The notes under the pieces: model-generated
Database searches by the model: none
The model's input: only the letters and a program-made list of their open reading frames with translations
What the model was told of the DNA's origin: nothing
NCBI RefSeq assembly: GCF_006345805.1
Contig: NC_043013.1
Coordinates: 12,276,001 to 12,340,000 of the forward strand
Reading direction: 5' to 3'
DNA: 64,000 bases
Source: Octopus sinensis
Lineage: Eukaryota
Position numbers and translations under genes: made by a program
Shown: positions 1-12,754 of the stretch, in pieces
Numbering within the stretch: the first letter of the stretch is position 1
How the letters are laid out: the number at the start of each line of letters is the position of its first letter

Positions 1-61
1 AAGACCAATCTTGGAACCGGACCTTGCAAGATCTTCCTGAACACGAAGAGCAAGTTCTTGT

Positions 62-715
62 TCTTTGACTTATAGGTCTATACGTAGAATGGTGCTATTC
101 ACTTTCACCCACCTTTCATTCGAGAACAGCACTGCTCTTTCTACCCTTTACAAATGAAACTTGAAAACTCGATGAGAGCTCTAGTAAAGAGAAATGTTTC
201 TGCCCTCATAGATTTCAACCTCGTCCACCAGAAAAACTTCTTTCACCATAGACACCAGACAGCGGAGAACTGCCTTATCTGCGCGATTAAAGAAAGGCAG
301 TGAGGCCATCATCTCTATGAACTCCGCCGGTATATGGATACTTCCCACACGCGGCAGGAGCTGTTCGATTTCACCCCGCACGTCAGCGAGACTCGAGCAT
401 AGAACGAATACGAGGAAACTAGCATCATCTCTACGCTCTGTATGCATCTTGTACAAGCCCGTTTTACAGCACATCTCTACCCATAAAGGTTATCTCGAAT
501 CGGTAGTGCCCCATAAGCACGCCATGACTTCGGGAAATTTTCCGTCGTTGGCATCGATCGGAAAGTCTTCCAGAACAGTGTAACAAGTTCGTTTTCGCCG
601 ACGTCCGGTCTCTCACCATGAATCGTCGCTAATCTTCCATACATGTCTAGAATAGAACAACTAACGATTTCATTTCCCAACAGGTAAACGGTGGTGAACG
701 TCTGATGGTATTCTA
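62..715 (-). pseudogene. Degenerate L1/Tx1-clade LINE ORF2 C-terminus (zinc-knuckle region)
   Basis: Minus-strand frames join to ...WRAYGALPIRDNLYG*RCAVKRACTRC / LCSSLADV..IEQLLPRVGSI..FNRADKAVLRCLVSMVKE / FKFHL*RVERAVLFSNERWV, the typical Tx1 ORF2 end (LPxRDxL, CxxC, terminal RW); stops and frameshifts present. Confidence 0.65.
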
Positions 716-1249
716 GGTTCTAGGCTGCAAAAAATCACAGTTTTTTTTTAAACCTACGATTACAGCTCCGTCAAGAGACGAGCTGCACACACATTCGACA
801 TCTACGAATCGTTGCAATTATTCCATCGCAATTTGAATAATCCAGGCATCTCAGCAGTGTCCAACTGTCCTTTCTTTGGACTAAATAATAACAAACAAAA
901 CAAAGCGTATACATACATACATACATACATACATACATACATACATACATACATACATACATACATACATACATACATACATACATACATACGTACGTAC
1001 AGACAAACACAAAGATACATTGCTCGGTGGTAGAAAAACACACAGAACTGAAAGAGACAGGTAAGTAAGGAGGCGCAAAATATGTTGAAATAATTGGAAT
1101 AATGATAAAAATGAAAATAAGGCATTAAAACAGAATGACTCTACCCAGTCACAACCAAAATATGCTTCAACACACGAGTTCACGTAAAGAATCTTGCCAA
1201 CCAAATACAAAACCGAAGTACACACACACATACACACACACAGACACAC

Positions 1250-1302
<53 letters not shown>

Positions 1303-1393
1303 GTATGTATATATATGCCCAAACGCACACACAAATATGTGTGTATGTACGTATGAATGTATAAATATATAAGTATACGCATGCGTGTGTATG

Positions 1394-1425
<32 letters not shown>

Positions 1426-2412
1426 TGTATGTATATTATACTCACGCTCGCACGCACACACACACACGCACACACACACACACACACGCGCGTACATATA
1501 ACGTTGGGAAACAGCGGAAGAGGGAAAGGTGGAGGCGGAGACAGTCGGAAATAACTTGAGAAAAACGAAACAAACATTTGCAAGTTGAAAAATGAAGAAT
1601 GAAGTAGATGAGTGAAGTAGATAGATGAGGCCTGGAACAACAACAACAACCACAGCTACAATAATAATAATAATAACAACAACAACAACAACAGTATCCA
1701 CGGCAACAAATCACTTTTGAAAATCTGAGCAAAATAACTGTCCATCGTCGTCCATGTCTTTAGAAGTTTGCCGCTAATTGGTGGAGGCGGCGGAAGAATA
1801 AAGGAAATGCTAACCAGGGATGGAGATAAGAGAGCGGCGAAAGAACAGATAGAGGTGAGGGATGAGGAGGGTGATGAAGATAGAGTAGAGTGATGGAGCA
1901 AGAGGAGAAGGGACGGCAAACATGTATGTGTGTATGTGTGTATGTGTCCGTTTGTATGTGTGTATGTATGTTAAAATGTTTGCTAGAGTGTACAATGAGA
2001 GCGTGTGGTATATACTGTATATATATATATATATATATATGTTTGTTTGTGTACACTCAAATATCTATGTATGTATATGTATGCATGTATGGTTTTAAAC
2101 ACATATATGGATATATTTTTATAGATGTGTGTGTGTCTGTGTATTCATTCACACACACACAATATTAACATATACTTACGTTTATACAAATTAACGCACA
2201 CACGGGTATACATAAAGTACCCTTAAGTTGGTTTCGAGTTCTTATATTATTTTTCCATACTGATCAATGCGGAGTGGGGTGGAGGATAGACGTCCAAATG
2301 AATTGTATGTGTGTATGTATATACATATATATATATATATATATATAAATCAAAAAGCATAAAAAGGTAACTAAAATGTAAGAAATTAAAATATATATAT
2401 ATATATATATAA

Positions 2413-2466
<54 letters not shown>

Positions 2467-2690
2467 GCTCTCTACTATGTCTATCATTTTTCTCCCTCTC
2501 TGTCTTTTTATTCTTCTCTCTGTCTCTTCCCTTATCTTCGTTTCTCTTTAATTTCTCTTAACTGATGAGAAAATAATAAAAACATGGATGCTTTTGGAAA
2601 AGACGTTAAAATCAAAGGAAGCTTGAGACAGTGGTTGTCGGCGTCATCATCCTCATCGTTACCACCACAACCTTCGCCATCACCTTCACT

Positions 2691-2730
<40 letters not shown>

Positions 2731-2948
2731 CCATCGTATTCGTCGTCATCGTCGCCGTCGTCAACATCATATATCATCATGATCATCAACAGCACCATCG
2801 CTATTATCAGCATTAAAAAAACGCCATCATTATTATTAGTGCGTCCCTCATTATCTTCATCGTCTCCATCTTCGTCGCAGTCATCATCGTCATTATCACA
2901 ATCAACAACATTTTCTTCCCTTAGCATCATCATCATCACCATCATCAC

Positions 2949-2998
<50 letters not shown>

Positions 2999-3000
2999 CC

Positions 3001-3083
<83 letters not shown>

Positions 3084-3084
3084 C

Positions 3085-3138
<54 letters not shown>

Positions 3139-3934
3139 TAACACCGCGACATCCATCACCATCACTGCCATCAACGATACCAATGACACAAACGGCATTA
3201 CCAGTACCAGCATCAACACCACCCACCATCATTATCATCATCATCATCATCATCAACACCTATATTACTCCGTCGTTAACGCCGCCACCACCACCATCCT
3301 CAGCGTCAACGTCAGCATCTCTACCGACGAGGCTGTACGTTTTGAATTAGGCTTCAGCACAATGTCTGTGCACCTAGTTTTGCTCAAAAATGCTTAGTCT
3401 ACCCGGGATATGGGTAGGAGTGGTTTTACCATAGCCATTTTGCCGCCGCCTCTTAAGCATCGCCCCACCCAAACATGTGTGTGTGTGTGTGGTGTGTGTG
3501 TGTATGGAAAATGAAAGGCAGGTCTGAAGCGATAGCATGTTAGAGTTGTTAAGGAAGCTTATTTTGCAACCATTTGGTTCAGTCCCACCGCGCGGAATTT
3601 TGGGCAGTTTTTCTTTTTTTTGAAGTCCGGTCACTGCCTTGGGATTGATTTTGGTAGACGGAAATTGTGTTGAAGAGCGTCGTATATCTCTCTATAAATA
3701 TATGTATGTGTGTGTGTGTCGTTGTAGCTATGTTTACCACGACGCCACCGCTTAGCAACCGGTGTTGGTTTGATCACATACCAGTAACTTAGCGGTTCAG
3801 GATAAGTACACACACACAAAAAAAAAAAAAATAATAAAAGAAGAAGCAGAAGTATTGGGGTCTCTTCGGTGTCCCAGCACAGCCATAATCCAATGACTGA
3901 AACAAGTAAAAGATAAAGAAGAAAATAGATAAAA

Positions 3935-3972
3935 ATGTGGATTTCGTAGACGGAAACTGAAAGAAGCCGTCG

Positions 3973-4020
<48 letters not shown>

Positions 4021-4275
4021 TGTATGTATGTATGTATGTATGTATATATATGTATATATATATATGTATGTATGTATGTATATTTGGGTGTGCCTGTATT
4101 TGTCCCCCACCATCGCTTGACAATCGATATTGGTGTGTTTACATCCCCATAACTTAGCAGTTCGACAAATGAGACCGCTTGACAACCTTACAAAGAATAA
4201 GTACTTGCAAAGAATAAGTTCGACTAAAAGTGGTGCTCCAGCATGGCCGTAGTCAAGGCTGAAACAAATAACAGA
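3935..4275 (+). mobile_element. SINE family A (tRNA-like head, internal TA/TG microsatellite), partial copy
   Basis: gtagacggaaactgaaagaagccgtcg-(TA/TACA)n-tttgtcccccaccatcgcttgacaa...gctccagcatggccgtagtc, matching copies at 21527 and 59692. Confidence 0.85.
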
Positions 4276-5331
4276 ATAACCAACCTCCACCATTTTCTTG
4301 AAACTAATACTGGGTGAAAAAAAAAAAAAAGAAGAATGTCTATGGTTAGTGGCGGCAGTACTTAACGTAAGATATAGTGATGTGTGACACGAGACACGGC
4401 ACTAAATTTCTCCCTTGTTCGTTGAGGTGTAATGCGGTGAACTCGACTTAACCAGGAAAGAACGTTACTTATTACTGACGGATCGCCTTGCTGATATGAA
4501 GAGGCCATTTTGTACCGTTTTACACTTTCTTTGATAAGAATAGGACTCCGGTTGCTACTGTCTAAATACTTTTCACAGCTAGGGTTACTTACCTCTCGTA
4601 AATGATTTTTAACTTGACATTTCAATCTTTAGGTGGGATTTTGGGGATTTTCTTGACGATATTTTTCATTGTTTATTTCTGTGTTTTTGCTTTTGTTTCT
4701 GTTTTTGTGTGTGCATGTTTTTAGTTGGTTGTTATTGTCTTTGTTTTCAGGTTCTTTTGTTTCGTCGTTGACTTTTGATTTTGAAAGAAAGATGAGAAGT
4801 TGAGTAAGAGATATAGGGTTAATCGTGTTTGTCACGCATGTGTATACATACATACATACATACATACATACATACATACATACATACATACATACATACA
4901 TACATACATACATACATAGGTACATGAATGCACACATATCCAATACAAATATACGCACATTTACGTATATAAGCATATATGTGTATGTATGTGTATATAT
5001 ATATATATATACACTCACACACACCCATATGTACACTCTTTTAGTTCAGAAAAGATGGATGGATGGATGCATGGATGGATAAGATATGCACGCGGCACAC
5101 ATATATAATGATAAAATTGATACCCATATATTCATGCATGTCTACACACAGGCACACACACACACACATATACACACATAACTATACACATACACACATA
5201 ACTATACACGCATATACATACACGCATACTGTAATAGATAGATAGATAGATAGAAAGAAAGAAAGATACATAAATTAAGATATGTATATATATATAATCA
5301 TAGTTTCTGCTATATCTGTCTATCTGTCTGC

Positions 5332-5399
<68 letters not shown>

Positions 5400-5781
5400 T
5401 TATCTATCTATCTATATCTATCTATCTATCTAACTATCTATCTATATATCTATCTATCTATTTATCTATCTACCTATATATCTACCTATCTATCTCTGTG
5501 AGTGAGTGTCTTTGTGTCTTTGTGCATTTCGCCACATATACTCTTGTCTTCGGTGAAAGTGACCGAGAGACTAAGTACCACAATTTTTTTAAAAATAGAT
5601 ATTTACTGGTGTCGATTTGTTCGACTATAAAGCCTTTGGGGTTATGCCCCAGCATGACCGCAGTCGAAGTAGAATACATACAACGTAACTTAATAAGAGG
5701 CTTCTCATTACCATTGATTTATACGCACGTACACACAGCCACACACGCATACACACACACACTCAAGCACAGACACACACA

Positions 5782-5881
5782 NNNNNNNNNNNNNNNNNNN
5801 NNNNNNNNNNNNNNNNNNNNNNNNNNNNNNNNNNNNNNNNNNNNNNNNNNNNNNNNNNNNNNNNNNNNNNNNNNNNNNNNN
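5782..5881. other. Assembly gap (100 N)
   Basis: Exactly 100 N between (CA)n and (TA)n tracts. Confidence 0.99.
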
Positions 5882-5943
5882 ATATACATACATGGTTTTT
5901 GTATATCTATCTACCAATCTATCTATCAATTTCTCTATCTCTT

Positions 5944-5992
<49 letters not shown>

Positions 5993-6250
5993 ATATGTGC
6001 GTATATCCACACACACATGCATCTTTGTTATGTAAGTGGCGGAAGTAAAAATATTCGCGTGTCTGATAGCCTACGTAGGTGTTTATACTTCCGGTCCTTA
6101 TCTACATCGAAAGTTTCTGTGATACAAAACTCACTGGCGCAAGTCACAAACACATAAAAACAATAACAACAACAACAAAGTAACAAATACATAACAAGTA
6201 ACTGAAACAATTAAAGAACTATAAAATGTCATCGCGTTTCGATGATAGTT

Positions 6251-6281
<31 letters not shown>

Positions 6282-6418
6282 TCAGTAGTAGTTGGTATAA
6301 TAGTAGTAGCAGCAGCAGCAGCAACAGCAGTAGCAGCAGCAACAGTAGCAACAACAGTAGCAACAGCAACATTAGCAGCAGTAGAGGTAATAGCATCATA
6401 TGAGTGTATGTATATGTG

Positions 6419-6504
<86 letters not shown>

Positions 6505-6512
6505 ATATATAT

Positions 6513-6543
<31 letters not shown>

Positions 6544-6550
6544 TATATAG

Positions 6551-6603
<53 letters not shown>

Positions 6604-7069
6604 ATACATATATATATGTATATATATATATATATATATACATTATATATATACAGATACATATATATAGATATATGTATCAATGAAATAAAATGAAAAG
6701 CAGGACACAAAGGATGTTGCGGTACACATGTTTCGAGCTTTATAGAACAACTTATTCTTACATCAATAACAGATAGTTCAAAAGCCCTCTTCAGCCGCAT
6801 GCAATTGCTACACCAAAGACTTGTATCACATTATGAAAGGTTTGAGAAAGAACATTTGGTATTATTTATAATGGTATGTAAACCGAGTATCACTGGGGAA
6901 AGTATGTTTGTAAATCTTCATAATCAAATAGGCGTACAGATTATTATTAGACTCCAAAAAAAATATATATATATATGTAAAATATATTGCTAAGTTCCTG
7001 TTGGCGAATTGGAAAGTTTCACCTGCTCCGATCTGAGCAATTGTACCGCAGACTCTAGACCACTGTCTT

Positions 7070-7330
7070 TTCAGTTCTATATTTAAGAGATGAGCAAATG
7101 TGTACATTATTTACATTATTTACATTTGACGGATATTTGTCCTCATCTTGTTTGTCGTTAATGCAGCATTTCGGCTGATATACTCTCCGGCCTTCATCAG
7201 GTGTCTTGGGGAAATTTGGAACCTGGATTCTCATTCCTAAGGTATTTTTCGACGGAATCGAACTCGGAATCAAAATCAGAATCTTGGGGTTAGTAGCCCA
7301 CGCTCTTAACCACTACGCCATATGCCCGTA
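7070..7330 (-). mobile_element. tRNA-headed SINE H1 carrying a hammerhead-like motif
   Basis: Minus strand: A box TGGCGTAGTGG and B box AGTTCGATTCC, then body cttaggaatgagaa...gacac-CTGATGA-a-ggccg..cagcc-GAAA; body repeated at 8080 and 34843. Confidence 0.8.
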
Positions 7331-7333
7331 GGC

Positions 7334-7403
<70 letters not shown>

Positions 7404-7425
7404 AATAATGATAATGATAATTTAA

Positions 7426-7485
<60 letters not shown>

Positions 7486-8027
7486 TATGCCAACATTATG
7501 GAATAACAACAGAAAAAAGATGGTATAAGCACACACCAGAAAAGGTCACAGAAAACGAGAAAGCAACCATACTCTGGGATATGCCGATACACACAGATAG
7601 AGAAATTAAGGCCAACAGACCAGATATAGTTGTCAGAGATCATGAAGAAAAAAAATGCTTTCTAATTGATGTATCAATACCGGCAGATGACAACGTGTCT
7701 CTAAAAGAAATGGAGAAACTCTCAAAATACAAAGACCTGGAAATAGAGGTAACTAGAATGTGGAACCTGAAAAAGAAAAATTCCTATCATAGTAGGTGCA
7801 TTAGGCATGATAAAAAAATATTCAGACAAATACATAACAAAAACACCAGGACTTACAAAAAACATATAACATACAGAAAATTGCACTACTAGGCACTGCA
7901 CACATACTACGCAGAACACTTTCCATACAATAACCATCAGAGCATCACAACAAATCACAGCACATACCCAAGGCACACAGAGCTGCGCTCGGTAGTGAAG
8001 TGAAAGCACGCTATAACAATAAAACTA

Positions 8028-8031
<4 letters not shown>
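7486..8031 (+). mobile_element. R4/Dong-type LINE 3' fragment (restriction-like endonuclease)
   Basis: MPIHTDREIKANRPDIVVRDHEEKKCFLIDVSIPADDNVSLKEMEKLSKYKDLEIE (PD..D..K motif); (AAT)n on both sides; nearly identical to 28683-29230. Confidence 0.9.
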
Positions 8032-8066
<35 letters not shown>

Positions 8067-8079
8067 TATAATAATAATA

Positions 8080-8218
8080 CTTTAGGAATGAGAACCAAGA
8101 TACGAAATTTCCCCAAGATATCTGATGAAGGCTGGAGAGTATATCAGCGGAAACGTTGTGTTAACAACAAACAAAATGAGGACAAACATCCGTCAAATGT
8201 AAATAATGTAAATAATAA
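8080..8218 (+). mobile_element. SINE H1 body, copy 2 (hammerhead-like motif 8117-8162)
   Basis: gatat-CTGATGA-a-ggctg-gagagtatat-cagcg-GAAA-cg-tt-gtgtt. Confidence 0.8.
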
Positions 8219-8558
8219 CACTCTTTTCAGCCTTATATTTTACGGTCAAAGTGGACATGGCTCTAATCCTCCCACTTATGCTTCTGTTTTCTCTTTCGTT
8301 TTCCGGTTTTCCATCCTTCCACCTTTTTTCTCGCCTTTTCCCGTTTTGTCTCTCATCCTATAGTCCCATTTTTAGCTTGTTATGCCACGCTAGCAGTGCC
8401 TGAAGATTGCACTAGGATACTAAACGTATTAAAAAAATACTGAGATGCCGTCATCGCATGAAACTAATAGCATATTGTGTTCATTAAATAATATTTACCT
8501 CTCACCAGATGGATAGATGGAGAGCTTTCTTTGTTGATAGTACCATCAGCGAACAGTA

Positions 8559-8594
<36 letters not shown>

Positions 8595-8595
<1 letters not shown>

Positions 8596-8893
8596 CGATG
8601 GCGCATGGCCTAGTGGTTATGGTGTTGCACTCACGATCATGAGACCACGATTTCAATTCATTGACCGGATGGTACGATGTGTTTTTCAGCAAAACACTTC
8701 ATCTTATGTTGCTCTGCAATCGCTTCGATACCTGACGAGTGGCCAACCATGCATTTACTGAGACATCGATTTGAAGCAGAGACCGAGCTCATGTGCAACA
8801 CGAACATTTTATCACTATAAACAAATTGCTTGTGCAGGTCGTTCGGCAAATCGCTGACTGTTGATACGTCGTCTTCGACGGGAGAGTCCATCA
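8595..8893 (+). mobile_element. SINE family E (tRNA-derived head)
   Basis: Head ggcgcatggcctagtggtta..., body cagcaaaacacttcat, tail gacgggagagtccat; homologous to 26435 and 58700. Confidence 0.7.
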
Positions 8894-8962
8894 TCATATC
8901 ACACACATACACACACACACGCACGCGCACACACACACACATACATGTATATTGTAAAGAAT

Positions 8963-9240
8963 CGTGGGTAAGGCCAAAACAATGCAAAGTAAATGCAAGG
9001 TAAATCACGTATGTGAATTAATGTAGACTTACCGTGTATTCAATAATTCGGGGTTATGACCCCATTTTCAAGAAATTGACGAATGTTGACGATGTGTGTG
9101 CATGCAATATTCGACAATTTCTTGAAGTGGGGTCAGAAGCCCCGAAAAACTGAATACAAGGTAAGTCTACATTAATTCACATATTTGTTTTCTTGTGGTT
9201 TACCTTGCATTTACTTCGAATTGTTTTAGCCTTACCCACG
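8963..9240. repeat. Imperfect ~280-bp palindrome (fold-back/MITE-like)
   Basis: Left arm cgtgggtaaggccaaaacaatgcaaagtaaatgcaagg... is the reverse complement of the right arm ...ccttgcatttacttcgaattgttttagccttacccacg over about 125 bp. Confidence 0.85.
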
Positions 9241-9691
9241 GTATATATATATTCCGTCATCTATGTCTTTGGAGCTACGTTCATTTGATGAGCCTACAAA
9301 AGTTTAAGTTGCATGGAGCCGAATCGAACTTTTATTAAATGCAAATATATAAAATGTATGTATGTATGTATGCCTGTATGTATGTATGTATGTATGTATA
9401 TGTATATATGCATTCAAATATGCATGCATGTATGTATGTATGTATGTATGTATGTATGTATGTATGTATGTATGTATGTATGAATGTATGTATGTTTGTA
9501 AGCACACACACACGCACACACATACACATGCGACTGTGCATAAGGTGTGTCTGTCGGTGTATGCGTGTCGGTGTGTGTGTGTTTGACAGTGTAAATTTGT
9601 GAAGGAGTGTGCTCCAAATACGAAACAGATTCATCCAGACATTGTAGGTACACGTTGGTAAGAACATATTATGTCAGACGTAGTACACACA

Positions 9692-9727
<36 letters not shown>

Positions 9728-10003
9728 GAAAGAGAGAGAGAGAGAGAAAGGGGGGAAAGCAAAAAGGACGAGGAATAATGAACTACACTGTTTTCTGCCT
9801 GTGTGGCTTTTACTTACTTCTGCAGTTAATATATCCACCGGAAGTGTCCACCACCCCTCCATCTTTTTTTCCTGCACCCGCTGGGAGGATCAGTCGCAAT
9901 ACAGTACTGGCTATTGTATTCTTCGATGTTGCTGTTGTTATTGTTATTGGTGGGTGGTGAGAGAGGTAAAACATCATCATCATCATCCTCATCATCATCA
10001 TCA

Positions 10004-10049
<46 letters not shown>

Positions 10050-10116
10050 CATTATTATTATTATCATTATTATTATTATTATCATTATTATTATTATCAT
10101 TATTATTATCATTATT

Positions 10117-10178
<62 letters not shown>

Positions 10179-10230
10179 GTTATTTTGAATTGTCACCCTC
10201 ATCCTTCGCCCTGATGGCAAATAAATGAAA

Positions 10231-10261
<31 letters not shown>

Positions 10262-10594
10262 CATTATTATTATTATTGTTATCATTATTATTATTATTAT
10301 TATTAAGTTTTGTGTGCATATTAAGTTTTGTTGTACATTCGTTTTCAAATTGTTTTTGTCCGGAATGGATGCAGTGAGGGTGGGGAGCGGGGAGGGACAT
10401 TTCCATATATTTCTCTGTTGTTCGATGCTGCTTGTTTGGTTCGTCTTTTTGTTGTTGTTGTTGTTGTTGTTGTTGTGGTGGTGGTGGTGGTGGTAGTGGT
10501 TCCTTGTGTTGCAGTTGGTGTTATTGTTGTTGTCTATATACGTCTTTCTTTCTTACGCTGCATATTATTGCTGTTCTCTGTTTTGTAATAATCC

Positions 10595-10773
10595 TTTTTG
10601 CAATGAGCGCAAGGCCTGAAATTTTGAAGGAGTGGGGCTAATCGATTACATGCACCGCAGTGTACCAACGATGAAGGGCAAAGTCGACCTCGCCGGAATT
10701 TGAACTTAGAACCGGACGAAATAGCGGTAAGCATTTTGCCCGGCATGCTAACGATTCTGCCAACTCGCCGCCT
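10595..10773 (-). mobile_element. SINE family C
   Basis: Minus: aggcggcgagttggcagaatcgttagcatgccggg...ctaagttcaaattccggcgaggtcgactttgcc; about ten copies in the window. Confidence 0.85.
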
Positions 10774-10863
10774 TAATAATAATAATAATAATAATAATAT
10801 AATATAATAATATAATAATATAATAATAATAATATTAATATAATAATAATAATAATAATAATA

Positions 10864-10904
<41 letters not shown>

Positions 10905-10930
10905 TGATAATAATAATAATAATAATAATA

Positions 10931-10970
<40 letters not shown>

Positions 10971-10972
<2 letters not shown>

Positions 10973-11527
10973 TGCCCTGATGGCAGTACCAGGCAGTGAC
11001 TCTCATGGCTTCTGATCTTAACTGATTGGAAGTGTTATCATGTACATTGTTTTGTCTTGGTATAAAAGATGGGCTACAGCAAATATTCTGACAATACCAC
11101 AGATTTGCTTGTCAGTTGTTTGACCTTAACCAGTTGAGCATGCCCCTTAGTGGCTGACGATATGTGCATCTCTGATCACGAGCAGAAGTAGTGGGGGAGC
11201 ATCATAGCCATGTGTTGAGAAGCATTCTTTGGGGTTTGAATAATTCACCTCTGGAAACATAGGTGTTTCGTTCAACGTCCTTAAACAACCCTTATTCAGG
11301 GACCTTTTGAGCGGGATGGGTTACTCGATCTGAAGAAAATTCTAACTGGGCTCCACCTGCAAGGTCATGTGCTGTTTATCTTGATATGAGATCACCATGT
11401 CGCGCACATATGGTTGTGATGCATGTGCCTGGTGTACCCTTATCAGACGGGTAGTCATGATGGGTATACTGGGCTTCGTATATTTTACCCCAGTGTCACT
11501 TTGATGGCATGCTCTGCTCGCTCACTC
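10971..11527 (+). mobile_element. Family B: ~555-bp non-coding (AAT)n-targeted element, copy 1
   Basis: Starts aatgccctgatggcagtaccaggcagtg, ends ctcactc followed by (AAT)n. Confidence 0.9.
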
Positions 11528-11545
11528 AATAATAATAATAATAAT

Positions 11546-11592
<47 letters not shown>

Positions 11593-11600
11593 TAATAATA

Positions 11601-11635
<35 letters not shown>

Positions 11636-11854
11636 GTGCTCCAGCATGACCGCAGTCAAATGACTGAAACAAGTAAAAGAGTATAAAAGAGTATACCCCA
11701 AAATATTAAGCCCGAAATATTGAATACAAGGTAGGTCTACATTAATTCACATATTTGTTTTCTTGTGATTTACCTTGCATTTACTTCGCATTGTTTTGGC
11801 CTTACCCACAATCCTTTACAATATATATGTGTGTGTGTGTGTGTATGTGTGTGT

Positions 11855-11886
<32 letters not shown>

Positions 11887-12021
11887 CTGTGTATATGTGT
11901 GTATGATGATGATGATGATGGACTCTCCCGTCGAAGACGACGTGTAAACATTCAGCGATTTGCCGAACGTCCTGCACATGCGATTTTTAATAATAATATA
12001 ATAATAATAATAATAATAATA

Positions 12022-12059
<38 letters not shown>

Positions 12060-12080
12060 CAACAACAATAACAACAAAAC

Positions 12081-12112
<32 letters not shown>

Positions 12113-12163
12113 GAAGAAGAAGAAGAACAACAACAACACAACAACAACAATAACAATACTAAC

Positions 12164-12228
<65 letters not shown>

Positions 12229-12242
12229 TAATAATAATAATA

Positions 12243-12736
12243 GGCACTGGCTGTCATGGTTCCTGATCTTAACTGATTGGAAGTGTTATCATGTACATTG
12301 TTTTGTCTTGGTATAAAAGATGGGCTACAGCAAATATTCTGCACAATACCACAGATTTGCTTGTCAGTTGTTTGACCTTAACCAGTTGAGCAGAAGTAGT
12401 GGGGGAGCATCATAGCCATGTGTTGAGAGGAATTTTGGGAAGCTTGAATAATTCACTTCTGGAAACAGGGGTGTTTTGTTCATCATGCTTAAATAACCTT
12501 TATTCAAGGACCTTTTGCGCGGGATGGGTTACTCGACCTTAAGAAACTTCTAACTGGGCCCTATCTGCAAAGTCATGCGATGTTTATCTTGATATGAGAT
12601 CACCATGTCGCACACATATGGTTGTGATGCATGTGCCTGGTATACCATTCTCGGACGGGTAGTAATGATGGATATACTGGGCTTCGTATATTTGTATCCC
12701 ACTGTCACTTTGATGGCATGCACTGCTCTCTCACTC
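12243..12736 (+). mobile_element. Family B copy 2 (5'-shortened, internal deletion)
   Basis: Same sequence as 10971 without the catgcccc...gatcacga segment; (AAT)n flanks. Confidence 0.9.
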
Positions 12737-12754
12737 GATAATAATAATAATAAT

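Noticed and set aside
1003-1060. Exon ending at the strong donor gagacag|gtaagt
   Set aside because: The acceptor lies in a (TACA)n tract without polypyrimidines; the peptide is uninformative.
6030-6095. Paired ETS-like GGAAGT motifs (also 16065-16085) as a promoter
   Set aside because: Six-to-eight-base motifs are expected by chance; no other promoter evidence.
7254-7327. tRNA gene (also SINE heads at 26435, 46030, 58920)
   Set aside because: A and B boxes are present but there is no complete cloverleaf, and each runs into a repeated body; these are SINE heads.
9590-9657. Plus-strand exon CKFVKECAPNTKQIHPDIVGTR
   Set aside because: Acceptable AG/GT, but no polypyrimidine tract, no recognisable homology and no phase-compatible neighbour identified.
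9818-9880. Minus-strand 63-nt exon RVQEKKMEGWWTLPVDILTAE (ferlin-like GWW/LTAE)
   Set aside because: Motif spacing does not match ferlin C2 domains, and it is on the opposite strand to the best exon; unsupported without RNA data.
11150-11195. CTGACGA in family B as a hammerhead core
   Set aside because: No stem II followed by GAAA.
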